A stretch of DNA of 64,000 bases, taken from positions 128,001 to 192,000 of the forward strand of contig CAVTHO010000006.1 in the NCBI GenBank assembly GCA_963734545.1. The letters are read 5' to 3'. This document shows positions 51,416 to 63,259 of the stretch, piece by piece. A program made the position numbers and the translations under genes. The notes below the pieces were generated by a model that was not told the origin of the DNA, did not search any database, and was given only the letters and a program-made list of their open reading frames with translations. The first letter of the stretch is position 1, and each line of letters opens with the position of its first letter. Source of the stretch: an uncultured Spirochaetota bacterium. GTDB taxonomy: Bacteria > Spirochaetota > Spirochaetia > SZUA-6 > Fen-1364.

Positions 51416-53991
51416 ATGATGCAGACAGATGCCTTGCTGAAGATCGAACACGTCTCGAAGTCCTTCTACGGCGTCAAGGCGCTCAAGGACGTCTCGTTCG
51501 ACGTCTTCAAGGGCGAGATCGTCGGGCTGCTCGGGGCGAACGGCGCGGGAAAGAGCACCCTGCTGAAGATCGTCGGCGGGATCCTCAGGAACGACGAGGG
51601 AAGCGTGCTCCTCGAGGGCACGGAGCTCTCCGGGATCAACCCCCACACGCGCCCAGCAGAAGGGCATCATCAGCGTCTACCAGGAGCTCAACCTGTTCTC
51701 CCACATGACCGTGGCCGAAAACCTCGTCATCGGAAAGGAGCACAAGACACCGGGCCGGCACGATCAGCTGGCAGCGCAACCGCCGCCAGGCAGCAGCAGA
51801 TACTCGCGGATCTGGGCCTCGACATCAGGGCCGATGCGGTGGTCTCTTCGCTCAGCGTGGCCCAGCAGCACCTGGTCGAGATCGCCCGCGCGCTGCATGC
51901 GGAGCCGAAGCTGCTGCTCCTGGACGAGCCGACCGCGTCACTCTCCGACACCGAAATCCAGTGGCTGTTCTCCCGGGTCAGGGCATCTGGTGGGAAAGGG
52001 CACGACGGTCCTGTATGTGTCGCATCGCCTGGAAGAGGTGACCAACCTGTGCGACCGCTGCGTCATTCTCCGCGACGGATCACTCGCGCAGGAGCTGGCA
52101 GGATCCTTCGACATCGCCACGATCGTCCGCCACATGATCGGGCACAGCGTCGAGCTGGGCACCGCGTCCGGGAGACAGCTCGAAGGGCGACATCGTCTTC
52201 GAATGCCGGAACCTGCAGGCACCGCCGAAGGTGAGGGATGTCAGCTTCAGCGTCCGCAGGGGCGAGATCCTGGGGATCGCGGGCCTGGTCGGCGCCGGGC
52301 GGACCGAGCTCCTCCGCGCCATCTTCGGCATCGACGAGTCGTCCGGCGGCACGGTGAGCCTCAACGGCAGGGAGCTCACGCGGCGGAGCCCGCGGACCGC
52401 GATCGCGCACGGCATCGTGCTCGTCCCCGAGGACAGGAAGCAGCGAAGGGCTTTTCCTCGGGGAGAACGTGCGCTTCAACATCGCGGCCTCGACGATGGA
52501 CTCCCGCGTGAAGGCCGGGCTGATCGACGCCCGCGCGGAGAAGCGGGCGGTCCTGAAGGGCGCGGAAGACGTGCTCCTCGACGCCGGCCGCCTCGAGCAC
52601 CAGGTGAAGCTGCTGAGCGGCGGCAACCAGCAGAAGGCGATCATCGCGAAGGCTCTCCTCGTCGACGCGGACCTGATGCTCCTGGACGAGCCGACGCGCG
52701 GCGTCGACATCGGCGCGCGGGAAGAGATCTACCAGGTCATCAGGAAGCTCGCGGAGAAGGGAAAAACCATCGTCCTGGTCTCCTCCGACTGGGACGAGCT
52801 GATCGCGCTCTGCGACAGGATGCTGGTCATGGCGGAAGGCAGGATCACGGGCGAGCTCTCCGGCGCGGAGATCACGCAGGAGAGGATCATGCACCTCTCC
52901 AGCATCGCCCACGTCACCCAGGCGAATGCGGGCGGAGGCGGCGCCGCCTCCCTGCGGGAGAGGCTCCACCGGATTTTCCGAGGCGCGCGGGCGGCGCCCC
53001 AGAGCCCCGCGAAGGCCACCGGCAGGTGGAACCTCGTCGGCAGGCTCGGGGCGTACTCGCGGGGCAGCAACACGACCATGCTCGCCCTCATTCTCCTCGC
53101 GTTCGTGGTGATCGGGCTCTCCCTGCACCCGTCCTTCCGGACCTGGATCAACACGCGCAACCTGATGAGCCAGGCCATGCCGTTCTTCCTGCTCACCCTC
53201 GGCCAGCTCGTCGTGATCATCGCCGGCGGCCTCGACCTTTCCGTCGGCGCCCTGGTCGCCTCGTCGAGCGTCCTCGGCATGACGATCATGCTGCAGAACC
53301 CGGACAACGTCCTGGCTCGGCGTAGCCGCGATGGTCGGGCTGGCCCTCGCTGGTGGGCGCGATCAATGGGCTGCTCGTGGTCAAGGCGAACATCGACTCC
53401 TTCGTCGCGACGCTCGGCATGTCGATCGTGCTGGAAGGCCTCGCTCTGGTCATCACGCCGAAACCCATCGCCCCTGCGCCGAGGATCCTCCGCACCATTG
53501 CGCACACGGATGTGCTGGGCATCCCCTACACGCTGATCATCATCGTGGTCGTCATCGTGCTGTTCGCGATACTGCTGAAGTACACTGCCCTGGGAAGGCG
53601 ATTCTTCGCGGTGGGTGAAAACGCCACGGGCTCCTTCTGGGCGGGACTGCCCGTGGTCAGCACGAAGTTCATATCCTTCATCATCTGCTCGTTCATGGCG
53701 GTGCTCACCGCGCTCTTCATGCTCGGACGCACCGGCGCGGGCGATCCCGTACTGGGCCCGGGGCTGGAGCTGGATTCCATCGCCTGCGCGCTCATTGGGG
53801 GAGCCACACTGGCAGGAGGAAAAGGCAGTCTCGCGGGAGCCGTGTGCGGCGTGCTCGTGCTGACGATTCTCTCCAATATTTTCAGCCTGATGGATGTGAA
53901 CCTCTGGTACCAGGAAGTGGTCAGGGGCGTCCTGCTGCTCGGGATCATCATCTCCTACGAGCGGCGGGTGCACAGGATGGCGGCGGCGTGA
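51416..53991 (+). CDS. RbsA-type ABC ATPase apparently fused to a permease domain (frameshifted)
   Basis: [31 protein letters not shown] then in frame GGLDLSVGA permease; ends [12 protein letters not shown].. Confidence 0.8.
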
Positions 53992-54950
53992 TGCAGGTAC
54001 GCGCGCTCGCCTCCGGCAGGCTCAGGGTCAACCAGCACAACAGCGTCTATCTCATCATGTTCGTGGTGTGCCTGGCGACCTGGCTCTACAAGCCCGCTTT
54101 CCTGAGCTCGACCAACATCCTGAGCATGCTCCGCCAGGCGTCCGCCCTCGGCGTGCTCACCGCGGGCCAGCTCTTCGTCATCATCGCCGGTGGTGTCGAC
54201 CTCTCCGTCGCGGCGACGATGCAGATGGCCATCGTGATCTACACCCGAGGCTTCAACCTCTACGGGGCGTGGGGGCTCGCGGGCGGCATCGGGCTCGCAC
54301 TGGTCGTCGGCGCCGCGATGGGCATCGTCAATGGCGTGATCGTGACCAGGTTCCGCGTGCAGCCCTTCCTGGCGACCCTTTTTACGGGAAGCATCCTCAC
54401 CGGAATCCGGCAGATCGTCACCGGGATCAGCTCGGCTGGCGTGATTCCTGATCCCATCAGGTTCCTCGGCAGGGACACGACGGCGCTCGTCCCCAATGCG
54501 GTGCTCGTTTTCCTCATCGTCACGGTCGTCTGCCTTGTCATCTTCAACAGGACCGTGTTCGGAAGGCAGCTGGTCGCCGTGGGCACGAACAAGCGCGCAG
54601 CGATATTCTCGGGCATCGACGCCGACCGGACGGTGATCAAGAGCTACTGCGCCAGCGGAGTACTCGCTGTGCTGTCGTCGATGCTTCTGTCGGGCTATAC
54701 CGGGTACGCGGATATGTGGCTGGGCTCGGGGTTCGAGTTCAGCTGCCTGGTCGCGGCGGTCATCGGCGGCAACTATCTCGGAGGCGGTCGGGGCTCCATG
54801 CTCGGCGCGGTGGGCGGGGTCCTGGTGACCACGCTGATCCTCAACGCGGTCCTGCTGTTCGGACTGGACATCGCCTACCAGTACATCGCCAAGGGCGTGG
54901 TCCTCGTTGCGGCGACGCTCGCGGGCGCGCTTGCCATCAAGAGAGCGTGA
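53991..54950 (+). CDS. Sugar ABC transporter permease
   Basis: GGVDLSV, FGRQLVAVGTN, VIGGNYLGGGRGS. Confidence 0.92.
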   Translation: MQVRALASGRLRVNQHNSVYLIMFVVCLATWLYKPAFLSSTNILSMLRQASALGVLTAGQLFVIIAGGVDLSVAATMQMAIVIYTRGFNLYGAWGLAGGIGLALVVGAAMGIVNGVIVTRFRVQPFLATLFTGSILTGIRQIVTGISSAGVIPDPIRFLGRDTTALVPNAVLVFLIVTVVCLVIFNRTVFGRQLVAVGTNKRAAIFSGIDADRTVIKSYCASGVLAVLSSMLLSGYTGYADMWLGSGFEFSCLVAAVIGGNYLGGGRGSMLGAVGGVLVTTLILNAVLLFGLDIAYQYIAKGVVLVAATLAGALAIKRA

Positions 54951-56212
54951 TGAAGGAGAAGACCATGGCAACTGACAACCTGCTTCTGACGAGCATCAAG
55001 GTGGGGAACAAGACGGCGTCCAACAGGATCGCCATCAATGCGATGGAATGCTGCGACGCGGACACCAACGGCAACCCGACCGACACGGCGTTCCGGCGCT
55101 ACGACCGGCTCGCCCGCGGGAACGCGGGAGTCATCATCGTGGAAGCCCTCTCCGTGGTGGACGAGAACCGCGGGAGACTCCACCAGCTCACCGCACTGCC
55201 CCAGAACCAGAAGGGGCTTACCGACCTCGTGTCAGCAATGAGGAAGGCCAATCCCAGGCCCCTCATCCTCTGGCAGCTCACGCATTCCGGCGAGCTGTCC
55301 AGCCCCGAGTTCTCCGAGCGGGTCTGCGTGAAGCCCTTTCCCGGGTATGAAGGACGGCTCCTCACGGAGGAGGAGGTTGACGAGATACTCGAGAGGTTCG
55401 TATTCGCCGCGAAGATGGCGAGTGACTGCGGCGCCGACGGGGTCGACTTCAAGCTCTGCCACGGCTATCTCGGTTCCCAGCTCGTGCGGCCCTTCAATGA
55501 CAGGAAGTGGAAGTACGGCGGATCGTGGGCCAACCGCACGCGATTCGCCTACGAGTTCTATGAGCGCGTCTCGAAGGAAGTGAAGAACAAGGACTTCATC
55601 CTCGGCTCGAAGATCTCCGCGTGGGAAGGTCTGCCGGGCGGCATGGGATCGGCGGGACCGGACACACCGATCATCGACCTGACCGAGGTGCTGGACCTCG
55701 TGAAGGGCCTGGAGGCGCGCGGCGCGAAGTACATCATCCAGTCAGCCGGCAATCCTTCGCTGACGCTCGCCCTGACGCAGCCGGACAAGAAGATCCCCGA
55801 CTATTCCTACCTGCACTTCTGGTTCCAGAAGGAGTTCAGGAAGGCCATGAAGAAGGAGACCGTGCTGATCGGCTCCGCGTACTCCCTGTTCCGCGACGGA
55901 AAGAACAGCTTCCGCGGCGTGAAGCGGGAGGAGTCTTCGCTGGAGTACTGGGGCAACAAGAACATCCGCGACGGCGTCTGCGACATGGTGGCCCTGGGCC
56001 GCCAGTCCCTCGCGGACCCTCTGCTGCCTTCGAAGCTGGAGCAGGGCAAGGCGAAAGAGGTCAAGTGGTGCACCGGCTGCGACAATTGCATCGAGTTCCT
56101 GATCCGGCAGAGGCCGGTGGGATGCTCGACGCACGAGCGGGAGTACACTCTGGAATTGAAAGAGATTCGCCGCGCGCAAGGCGCCCTGGCTGAATCAGAA
56201 AAGCACACGTAG
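54950..56212 (+). CDS. NADH:flavin oxidoreductase (old yellow enzyme family) with Fe-S motif
   Basis: QLTHSG, KLCHGYLGSQ, YGGSWANR, GRQSLADP, CTGCDNC..C. Confidence 0.88.
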   Translation: MKEKTMATDNLLLTSIKVGNKTASNRIAINAMECCDADTNGNPTDTAFRRYDRLARGNAGVIIVEALSVVDENRGRLHQLTALPQNQKGLTDLVSAMRKANPRPLILWQLTHSGELSSPEFSERVCVKPFPGYEGRLLTEEEVDEILERFVFAAKMASDCGADGVDFKLCHGYLGSQLVRPFNDRKWKYGGSWANRTRFAYEFYERVSKEVKNKDFILGSKISAWEGLPGGMGSAGPDTPIIDLTEVLDLVKGLEARGAKYIIQSAGNPSLTLALTQPDKKIPDYSYLHFWFQKEFRKAMKKETVLIGSAYSLFRDGKNSFRGVKREESSLEYWGNKNIRDGVCDMVALGRQSLADPLLPSKLEQGKAKEVKWCTGCDNCIEFLIRQRPVGCSTHEREYTLELKEIRRAQGALAESEKHT

Positions 56213-56283
56213 TCATGGATGACGAGGCCCGACGAGTACAAGGATGTACGAAAGGAGGGCCGTAGCCATGGATGAGGGGAGGA
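56212..56283 (+). promoter_or_regulatory. Cluster of CsrA/RsmA-type ANGGA hairpins before RBS
   Basis: GTCA-TGGA-TGAC, GTACA-AGGA-TGTAC, CA-TGGA-TG, then GGAGGA RBS. Confidence 0.65.
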
Positions 56284-56287
56284 TTGC

Positions 56288-57148
56288 ATGAAGATCGGGA
56301 TCGACAGCTATTGCTACCATCGGTTTTTCGGGGACGTGTACCCGCAGCAGAAACAGCCGCCCGCGCAGCTGAGCCTGGAATGGTTCCTCAAGCGCGCGAA
56401 GGATCTGAAGGTGGACGGAGTTGCGGTCGAGCCGCCCCTCATTTCCCGGCTGGACGCCAGCTACCTGAGCGAAGTCAGGGGCATGCTGGACGAGTACAAG
56501 CTGGACCGGGTCTATGCATGGGGGCACCCCGACGGCCTGGAGGGAGGACGCTCCGAAAAGGCTTTCGCGGACATGATGAAGAGCCTGGACTACGCGGCCG
56601 CGATCGGCGCCAAGGTCATGCGCGTCTGCGGCGCCAGCCTCATGTTCCGCAACGAGCCGCACGGCCCGATGCTGGAGAAGCTCGCGCGGCAGTTCTCCGA
56701 GGCGGTGAAGGAAGCGGCGAAGCGCGACATCCGTATCGCGGACGAGAACCATATCGACTTCAACTCGGATGAAATGCTCGCGCTCATCAAGGCCGTGAAC
56801 TCACCCTATTTCGGGATAAACTTCGACACGGGCAACTTCATGAGGGTGCTCGACGACCCGATCAAGGGCATGCAGAAGCTGGCGAAGTACACCTTCTCCA
56901 CCCACGTGAAGGACCTGAAACCCAACAAGCAGGCCTCGGTGGATGACTGGTTCTTCTTCTCCTCCACGCCGGTCGGGGACGGGCTGGTGGACAACCAGAA
57001 GCTCGCGCAGCTTCTCAAGGACGCGAACTACCAGGGATTCCTGGCGGTGGAGATCGACTTCCTCCATCCCGACTACAAGCTGGAGGAGGACAAGGCAGTG
57101 GCCGCCAGCATCAGGGAGCTGCGCCGCATCGCCAACAGCCTGAAATAG
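56288..57148 (+). CDS. Sugar phosphate isomerase/epimerase TIM barrel
   Basis: ENH, NFDTGN, THVKD, GDGLVD, VEID. Confidence 0.9.
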   Translation: MKIGIDSYCYHRFFGDVYPQQKQPPAQLSLEWFLKRAKDLKVDGVAVEPPLISRLDASYLSEVRGMLDEYKLDRVYAWGHPDGLEGGRSEKAFADMMKSLDYAAAIGAKVMRVCGASLMFRNEPHGPMLEKLARQFSEAVKEAAKRDIRIADENHIDFNSDEMLALIKAVNSPYFGINFDTGNFMRVLDDPIKGMQKLAKYTFSTHVKDLKPNKQASVDDWFFFSSTPVGDGLVDNQKLAQLLKDANYQGFLAVEIDFLHPDYKLEEDKAVAASIRELRRIANSLK

Positions 57149-57159
57149 GAGGAACGGCA

Positions 57160-58317
57160 ATGAAGAAGCTGAATGTCGGCATCGTCGGATACAAGTTCAT
57201 GGGCAAGGCCCACTCGAACGCGTGGAAGAAGGCCCCGCTGTTCTTCGACTTGAAGGTGCAGCCCGTGCTGAAGGTGGCCTGCGGCCGGCACGCCGATTCG
57301 TTGAAGGCGTTCGCCGACCGGTGGGGCTGGGAGCAGACAGAGAGCGACTGGAAGAAGATGGTGCACCGCGACGACGTGGACATCGTGGACATCAGCGCGC
57401 CCCAGTACCTCCACTACGATATCGCAATGGAGGCGGCGCGAGCGGGGAAGCATATCTTCTGCGAGAAGCCCCTGGCAATGAACCTCGCGCAGGCAAAAGA
57501 GATGTACGAGCTGGCCGAAAAGAAGGGTGTCACGCACTACATCAATCACAACTACCGGCGCTGTCCGGCGGTGCGCCTCGCGAAAAAGCTCATCGACGAG
57601 GGCAGAATCGGCCGGATCTATCACTGGCGCGGCTGCTACCTGCAATCCTGGATCCTCGACCCGAGCTTCCCCCTCACATGGCACCTGCAGAAACAGTTCG
57701 CCGGTTCGGGGCCGATGGGGGACCTGAACTCGCACAGCGTGGACCTGGCGCGCTACCTGGTGGGGGACATCAAGAAGGTGAGCGGCATGACGGCGCATTT
57801 CATCACGGAGAGGCCTCTGCCCGACGAAGCAGCCTCCGGCACGTTCAGCGGAAAGGTGAAGGGCGCAGAGAAGGGCAAGGTGACCGTCGAGGACGCCGCG
57901 TTCATGACCGTGGAGTTCGCCAACGGCGCGCTGGGATCATTCGAGGCCACCCGGTTCGCTCCCGGCCGCAAGAACTACAACTACTTCGAGATCTACGGCA
58001 GCAAGGGAAGCATCATCTTCGACCTGGAGCGGATGAACGAGCTGCAATTCTATTCGAACGAGGACCCGGCCAACGCGCAGGGCTTCCGCACCATCCTGGT
58101 CACCGAGGGCGTGCACGACTATATCTCCAACTGGTGGCCGCCCGGACATATCATCGGCTACGAGCACGAGTTCGTGCACGCGGTCGCGGACTTCCTCACC
58201 GCGGTGGACACGAAGACGAAGATCGAGCCGAACTTCTACGACGGCATGAAGGGGATGGAAGTACTGGAGGCGGGTCTGCGCTCCGCGGAGACGGGGAAGG
58301 TCGTGGAGCTCCCATGA
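57160..58317 (+). CDS. Gfo/Idh/MocA oxidoreductase
   Basis: GYKFMGKAHS, IFCEKPLA, DLNSHSVD, WWPPGHIIGYEH. Confidence 0.93.
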   Translation: MKKLNVGIVGYKFMGKAHSNAWKKAPLFFDLKVQPVLKVACGRHADSLKAFADRWGWEQTESDWKKMVHRDDVDIVDISAPQYLHYDIAMEAARAGKHIFCEKPLAMNLAQAKEMYELAEKKGVTHYINHNYRRCPAVRLAKKLIDEGRIGRIYHWRGCYLQSWILDPSFPLTWHLQKQFAGSGPMGDLNSHSVDLARYLVGDIKKVSGMTAHFITERPLPDEAASGTFSGKVKGAEKGKVTVEDAAFMTVEFANGALGSFEATRFAPGRKNYNYFEIYGSKGSIIFDLERMNELQFYSNEDPANAQGFRTILVTEGVHDYISNWWPPGHIIGYEHEFVHAVADFLTAVDTKTKIEPNFYDGMKGMEVLEAGLRSAETGKVVELP

Positions 58318-59635
58318 AGGCGACACTCGTTCCCGTGCATTTCAGATCGGGGATGGATGAGGAGTTCAAGAAGCACCTCGCCATCGTGAAGGACCTCCTT
58401 TCCGAGGACGCGGAGGTCCTTTCCCCCGTCGCGTTGGGGGCGCGGCTGCCCGCGGCGGACGCCGTCGTGTTCCCCCAGCTCATCGGGGATGCCTTTTCCC
58501 AGCTCGCCGCGCTGAAGAAGATCACCTGTCCCGTGCTCGTGCTCACCTCCGATTTCGGAACGGTCAACATGTGGGACTGGGAGATCGTGACCTTCATGCA
58601 GTCCCTGGGCATGAAAGCGTTCACGCCGTACGACCTGGAGCAGACGCGCAGGATCTGCCGCGCGCTGGCCCTGAAGCGCGAGATGAACGAGGTGAAGTTC
58701 CTCGTCTTCCAGGACAGGCCCGGGATCGGCGGCGAGCAGCCGGAGATCTTCCAGCGGTTCTGGTGGTGGGAGGACAGGAGCGCGGAGCTGATCAGGGAGA
58801 AGTTCGGCATCCGGATCGTGAAGAAGAGCTTCAAGACTCTCGCCGAGCAGGCGAAGAAGATCGACAACGCGCAGGCGCAGGCAATCCTGAAAGACAGGCC
58901 TGTGCCGTTGCAGGGGTTGGGGGAGCGGCCGCTCAGCTCGGCGCTCAAGCTGTACCTCGCGGTGAAGCGCGAGGTCGAAGAGGACCCCTCGATCCAGGGC
59001 GCCGGCATCAACTGCCTCAACGAATCCGCGTTCTCCGACACCACGCCCTGCCTCGCATGGGACCTGCTCTACCAGGACCGCAGGCTCATCTGGGCCTGCG
59101 AGGCGGACACCCTTTCCCTGCTCACGATGTTCCTCCTGGAGCGCTCGCTCCGCGCGCCGATCATGATGAGCAACCTCTACCCGTTCCTCATGGGGGGCGC
59201 GGCGCTCAAGCACGAGAAGATCGACAAGTTCCCCGACGTGCCGGAGCCGGAGAACCACCTGCTGATGGTGCACTGCGGCTTCTTCGGCGTGGTGCCGCGG
59301 CCCTTCTGCGACTCGTGGACGCTCGCGCCCAAGGTGCTCGCCATCGTGGACGAAAACGCGCACGCCATGGACGCGCGCATGGCGGACGGGCCCGATGACG
59401 CTGGCCAAGCTGCACCCCGAGCTTTCGAGCATGCAGGTGATCGAGGGGGAGCTGGAGGGCTACGTCGCAGTATCCGGGCTCGGACTGCCGCAACGGCGCG
59501 CTGCTGAAGGTGAGGGACGGCCACGCGCTCATGAAGGCCTTCTATTCGCATCACTATTGCCTCATGACGGGACAACAGGCGGTGGACATCGAGAACGTCG
59601 CGCGCGTGATGAACGTGGGGGTGGATGTGCTGTGA
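58314..59635 (+). CDS. L-fucose/L-arabinose isomerase-like protein (frameshifted)
   Basis: GINCLNES..TPCLAW..WACEAD, MVHCG, late CRN..SHHYC pattern. Confidence 0.6.
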
Positions 59636-59667
59636 TGCCGCACCGACGTATTCGTCCGCGATTTTGT

Positions 59668-59696
59668 TTGACAACGACACGCGTGCGCGATATTCT
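59668..59696 (+). promoter_or_regulatory. sigma70 promoter for second ABC transporter
   Basis: TTGACA-N17-TATTCT, 15 bp before ATG 59712. Confidence 0.7.
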
Positions 59697-59711
59697 GCGA
59701 GGGCTTTGCCT

Positions 59712-61194
59712 ATGACTATCCTCAGCATGACGGGAATCAGCAAGAGCTTCTACGGCGTCGAGGTCCTGCACAAGGTCGATTTCTCCGTGGACAAGGGCGA
59801 GATCATGGGTCTCTGCGGGGAGAACGGGGCGGGCAAGTCGACGCTGATGAAGATCCTGTCCGGAATATACGCCGCAGGACGCGGGAGACATCGTCTTCAA
59901 GGGCAACGTCATCCGGCGCAATGCCACCCCCCTGGAGATGCAGCGCATGGGCGTTTCCATGATCCACCAGGAGCTGAATCTTCTCAACGAGCTCACCGTG
60001 GCCCAGAACATCTTCCTGTGCCGGGAACCCCGGGACGCCTCGGGACTGATCAACTTCGGCAAGATGAACGAGGACGCTGCCCGGATCCTGGCAAAGCTCG
60101 GTGAGAAGATAGATCCGAAGCGCAAGGTACGCGAGCTGAAGATCGCGCAGAAGCAGATGGTGGAGATCGCCAAGGCAATTTCCTTCAATGTCGAGCTTCT
60201 CGTCATGGACGAGCCGACCTCCGCCCTGACCGGCAGGGAAACGAAGATCCTTTTCGACCTCATCTCCAATTTGAGCGCGCAGGGGATCGCCGTCGTCTTC
60301 ATCTCGCATCGACTGAAGGAGATATCCGACGTGTGCCACAAGGTGACCGTGCTGCGGGACGGCTATTTCGTGGCCACCAAGAATGTCTCCGAGGTGACGA
60401 CAAAGCAGATCGCCACCCTGATGGTGGGACGGGACGTGCAGGAATCACAAGCGTCCAATTTCGCCGGGGACCCGGACGCGGTCGTGCTGGAAGTGAAGGA
60501 CGTCTCGGACGACCTGCTGAAGGGCGTCGACTTCAAGGTGCGCAGGGGCGAGATCCTTGGATTCAGCGGGCTGATCGGGGCGGGCAGAAGCGAGCTGATG
60601 GAGGTCATCTTCGGTATTCGCAAGCCGCGCACGGGGTTCGTGTTCATCGAAGGAAAACCTGTCACCATCAGGAGCGCGATAGACGCAATCAAGGCCGACC
60701 TCGGATTCGTGACGGAAGACCGAAAGGAGACGGGGCTCGTCCTGTGCCGTGACATCACCGACAACGCGAATTATGTCACCTGGCTGAAGACGAGCGGGCT
60801 GTTCAAGGGCGGGAAGGCATCGGCGGCCAGTGCCCGGAAGATGATCGACCGGCTGGGGATACGCTGCAGCAGCCCTGCGCAGAATGTGAGCAACCTTTCC
60901 GGCGGCAACCAGCAGAAAGTGGCGCTGTCAAAGTGGCTCTTGTCCGGTGCCCAGGTGCTCGTTCTGGACGAGCCCACGCGCGGTGTCGACGTGGGCGCGC
61001 GGCAGGAAATCTACCAGATCATCAGGGAGCTGGCGGCGGAAGGCGTGGCCATCATCATCGTTTCCTCCGACCTGCCGGAGATCCTTAGCATCTGCGAGCG
61101 GGTCATCGTCATGCACGAGGGGAGAATCACGGGAACCCTCCTGGCCTCAGAGCTGAACGAAGCCAAGGTCATGTACTACGCGACAGACGTGTAA
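59712..61194 (+). CDS. Sugar ABC transporter ATP-binding protein (frameshift near 59875)
   Basis: [34 protein letters not shown]. Confidence 0.93.
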
Positions 61195-61207
61195 GCGGGA
61201 GAAGATC

Positions 61208-62198
61208 ATGCAAGCCTTGGAAATACGATCGGACAACCGCGCACTGGACCTTCTCAAGAGCATCTGGCGCAACTACAGCGTCCTGGTGGTGTTTGTCGCC
61301 ATCATCGGCATCTGCGGGATTGTCGCCCCGCGATTCCTGAATCCGGACAACCTCCTGAACATCCTGCGCAACACCTCGACAGTCGGCGCCATTGCCCTGG
61401 GCATGACATTCGTCATCATCGCGGGCGGAATAGACCTGTCCAGCGGTCCGGTCATGGCGACCGCCGGCGCCGTGCTCATCCTTCTGCAGAGGATGGTGAG
61501 CGCCGACGGCTCGCCGGCCATGCCGCTGTTTGTGCCTGTCCTTGCATGCCTCGCGGTGGCGACATCGTTCGGCTTCCTGAACGGGATCATCATCACCAAG
61601 GCGAAGCTCCCGCCCTTCATCGTCACCCTGGCGGTCGGCATCATGGCCCGTTCCCTGGTCATGTATTTCATGCGCGGAGCCACCGTCATGGGGAACAACA
61701 TTCCCCAGTTCACCGGCATCGGCAACGGCTCGGTGTTCTCCATCCCCATTCCCTTCATCCTTGTGCGTGGGGGTGGCTATCATCTTCCATATCCTTCTCA
61801 CACGGACGAAGTTCGGCACCTATGTCTTTGCGGTGGGCGGCAATGAGAACGCGGCGCGCTACTCGGGAATCAAGGTGGACCGGATACGGATTGCCACCTA
61901 CATGATCGTGGGGTTGTGCACGGGCATGGCGGCGACAATCGAGATGTCGCGTATGGCGGCCGTGGCGGCGGCCACTTCCGGCAGCCAGTACGAGTTCGAG
62001 GCCATTACCGCCGTTATCGTCGGCGGGACGTCCCTCAGCGGCGGCAAGGGACGGCTCATCGGAAGTATTGTTGGCTTCATCATCCTGGGGATAGTCAACA
62101 ATATGATGATCATGCTCAATATATCGCCCTATCTCTCCGGGGCCGTGAAGGGTGCGGTTATTCTCTTCGCGGTGCTCATGCAGAGACGGGAGCGGTAA
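61208..62198 (+). CDS. Sugar ABC transporter permease (frameshift near 61765)
   Basis: GGIDLSSG, LPPFIVTL, AVGGNENAARYSG, VGGTSLSGGKG. Confidence 0.92.
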
Positions 62199-62229
62199 TG
62201 AGAACAAATCTTTTTCAAGGAGGAGCGTA

Positions 62230-63190
62230 ATGAAAAGACGTGTTCTGATGCTGGTGGTGGCACTCGTGCTGCTGCCGGCCCTCGTGGTCTTTGCGAGCGG
62301 GACAGGAGAAGGCAAGGCGGGCGGAAAGGCCTTCCGCATCGCGGTGTCGCTGCCGCCGGCGAACAACGCCTGGCAGGCGAAGATGCTCGACTCGGTCAAC
62401 GCCGAAGTGGCGAAGGACACGACGAACTTCGAGATCACCGTGAAGAACGCCGTCGACGACGCCGACCAGCTCAACCAGATGACGACGTTCAAGGCCGGCG
62501 GCTACGACATGATCCTGTGCCTCCCGGGCAACGGGACGCTCATGACCCCGATCTGCCAGGACATCTTCAAGTCCGGCACCAAGCTGCTGATCATTGACCG
62601 CCCCATCGAGGGCGACCAGTACACCACCTTCTACGGCGGTGACAACGCCCAGTGCGGCCGCAACGCGGCAAAGTACATCGGCGACCGTCTGAAGGGCACG
62701 GGACAGATTGCCATCCTCAGGAGCTACGTGGGGATCCCCATCGACCTCCAGCGCTACAATGGCTTCATGGAGGTGCTGAAGAAGGACTACCCGGGCATCA
62801 AGGTCGCTGGTCGAGGGCGACGGTGAGTTCAACCAGGAGGCGGGCCTGAAGGCAATGTCCAACATCCTGCCCGCCTACCCCAAGATCGACGCGATCTACT
62901 CCCAGGACGACGAGTCCGCAGTCGGCGCCCTGACTGCGATCAAGAACGCAAAGCGCACCGACATCCAGTTCGTGACGGGCATGGGCGGCTCGAAATCGGC
63001 CTTTGCCCGGATGACTGCCAAAGATCCCCTCTACGGCGCATCTATGTCGTATCTCCCCACCATGGGAGGACGCGCGCTTGCGATGGCGAAGCAGATCCTG
63101 CAGGGCAAAAAGTTCCCGAAGGACAACATTGAGCCGACGATTGTCGTTACGGCGGACAATGTCAGCAAGTACATGGACGAGGGATACTAA
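62230..63190 (+). CDS. Sugar ABC transporter substrate-binding protein (frameshift near 62810)
   Basis: AGGAG RBS, signal ..VFA/SG, RbsB-like fold, IYSQDD. Confidence 0.9.
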
Positions 63191-63213
63191 GCAATAACGT
63201 CGAATCCGACGCG

Positions 63214-63251
63214 GCGGGAGAGGGGCACCTGCCCTTCTCCCGCGCTTCTTT
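63214..63251 (+). terminator. Stem-loop terminator between convergent genes
   Basis: GCGGGAGAGGGGCA-CC-TGCCCTTCTCCCGC followed by TTCTTT. Confidence 0.7.
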
Positions 63252-63259
63252 CAGAATGT

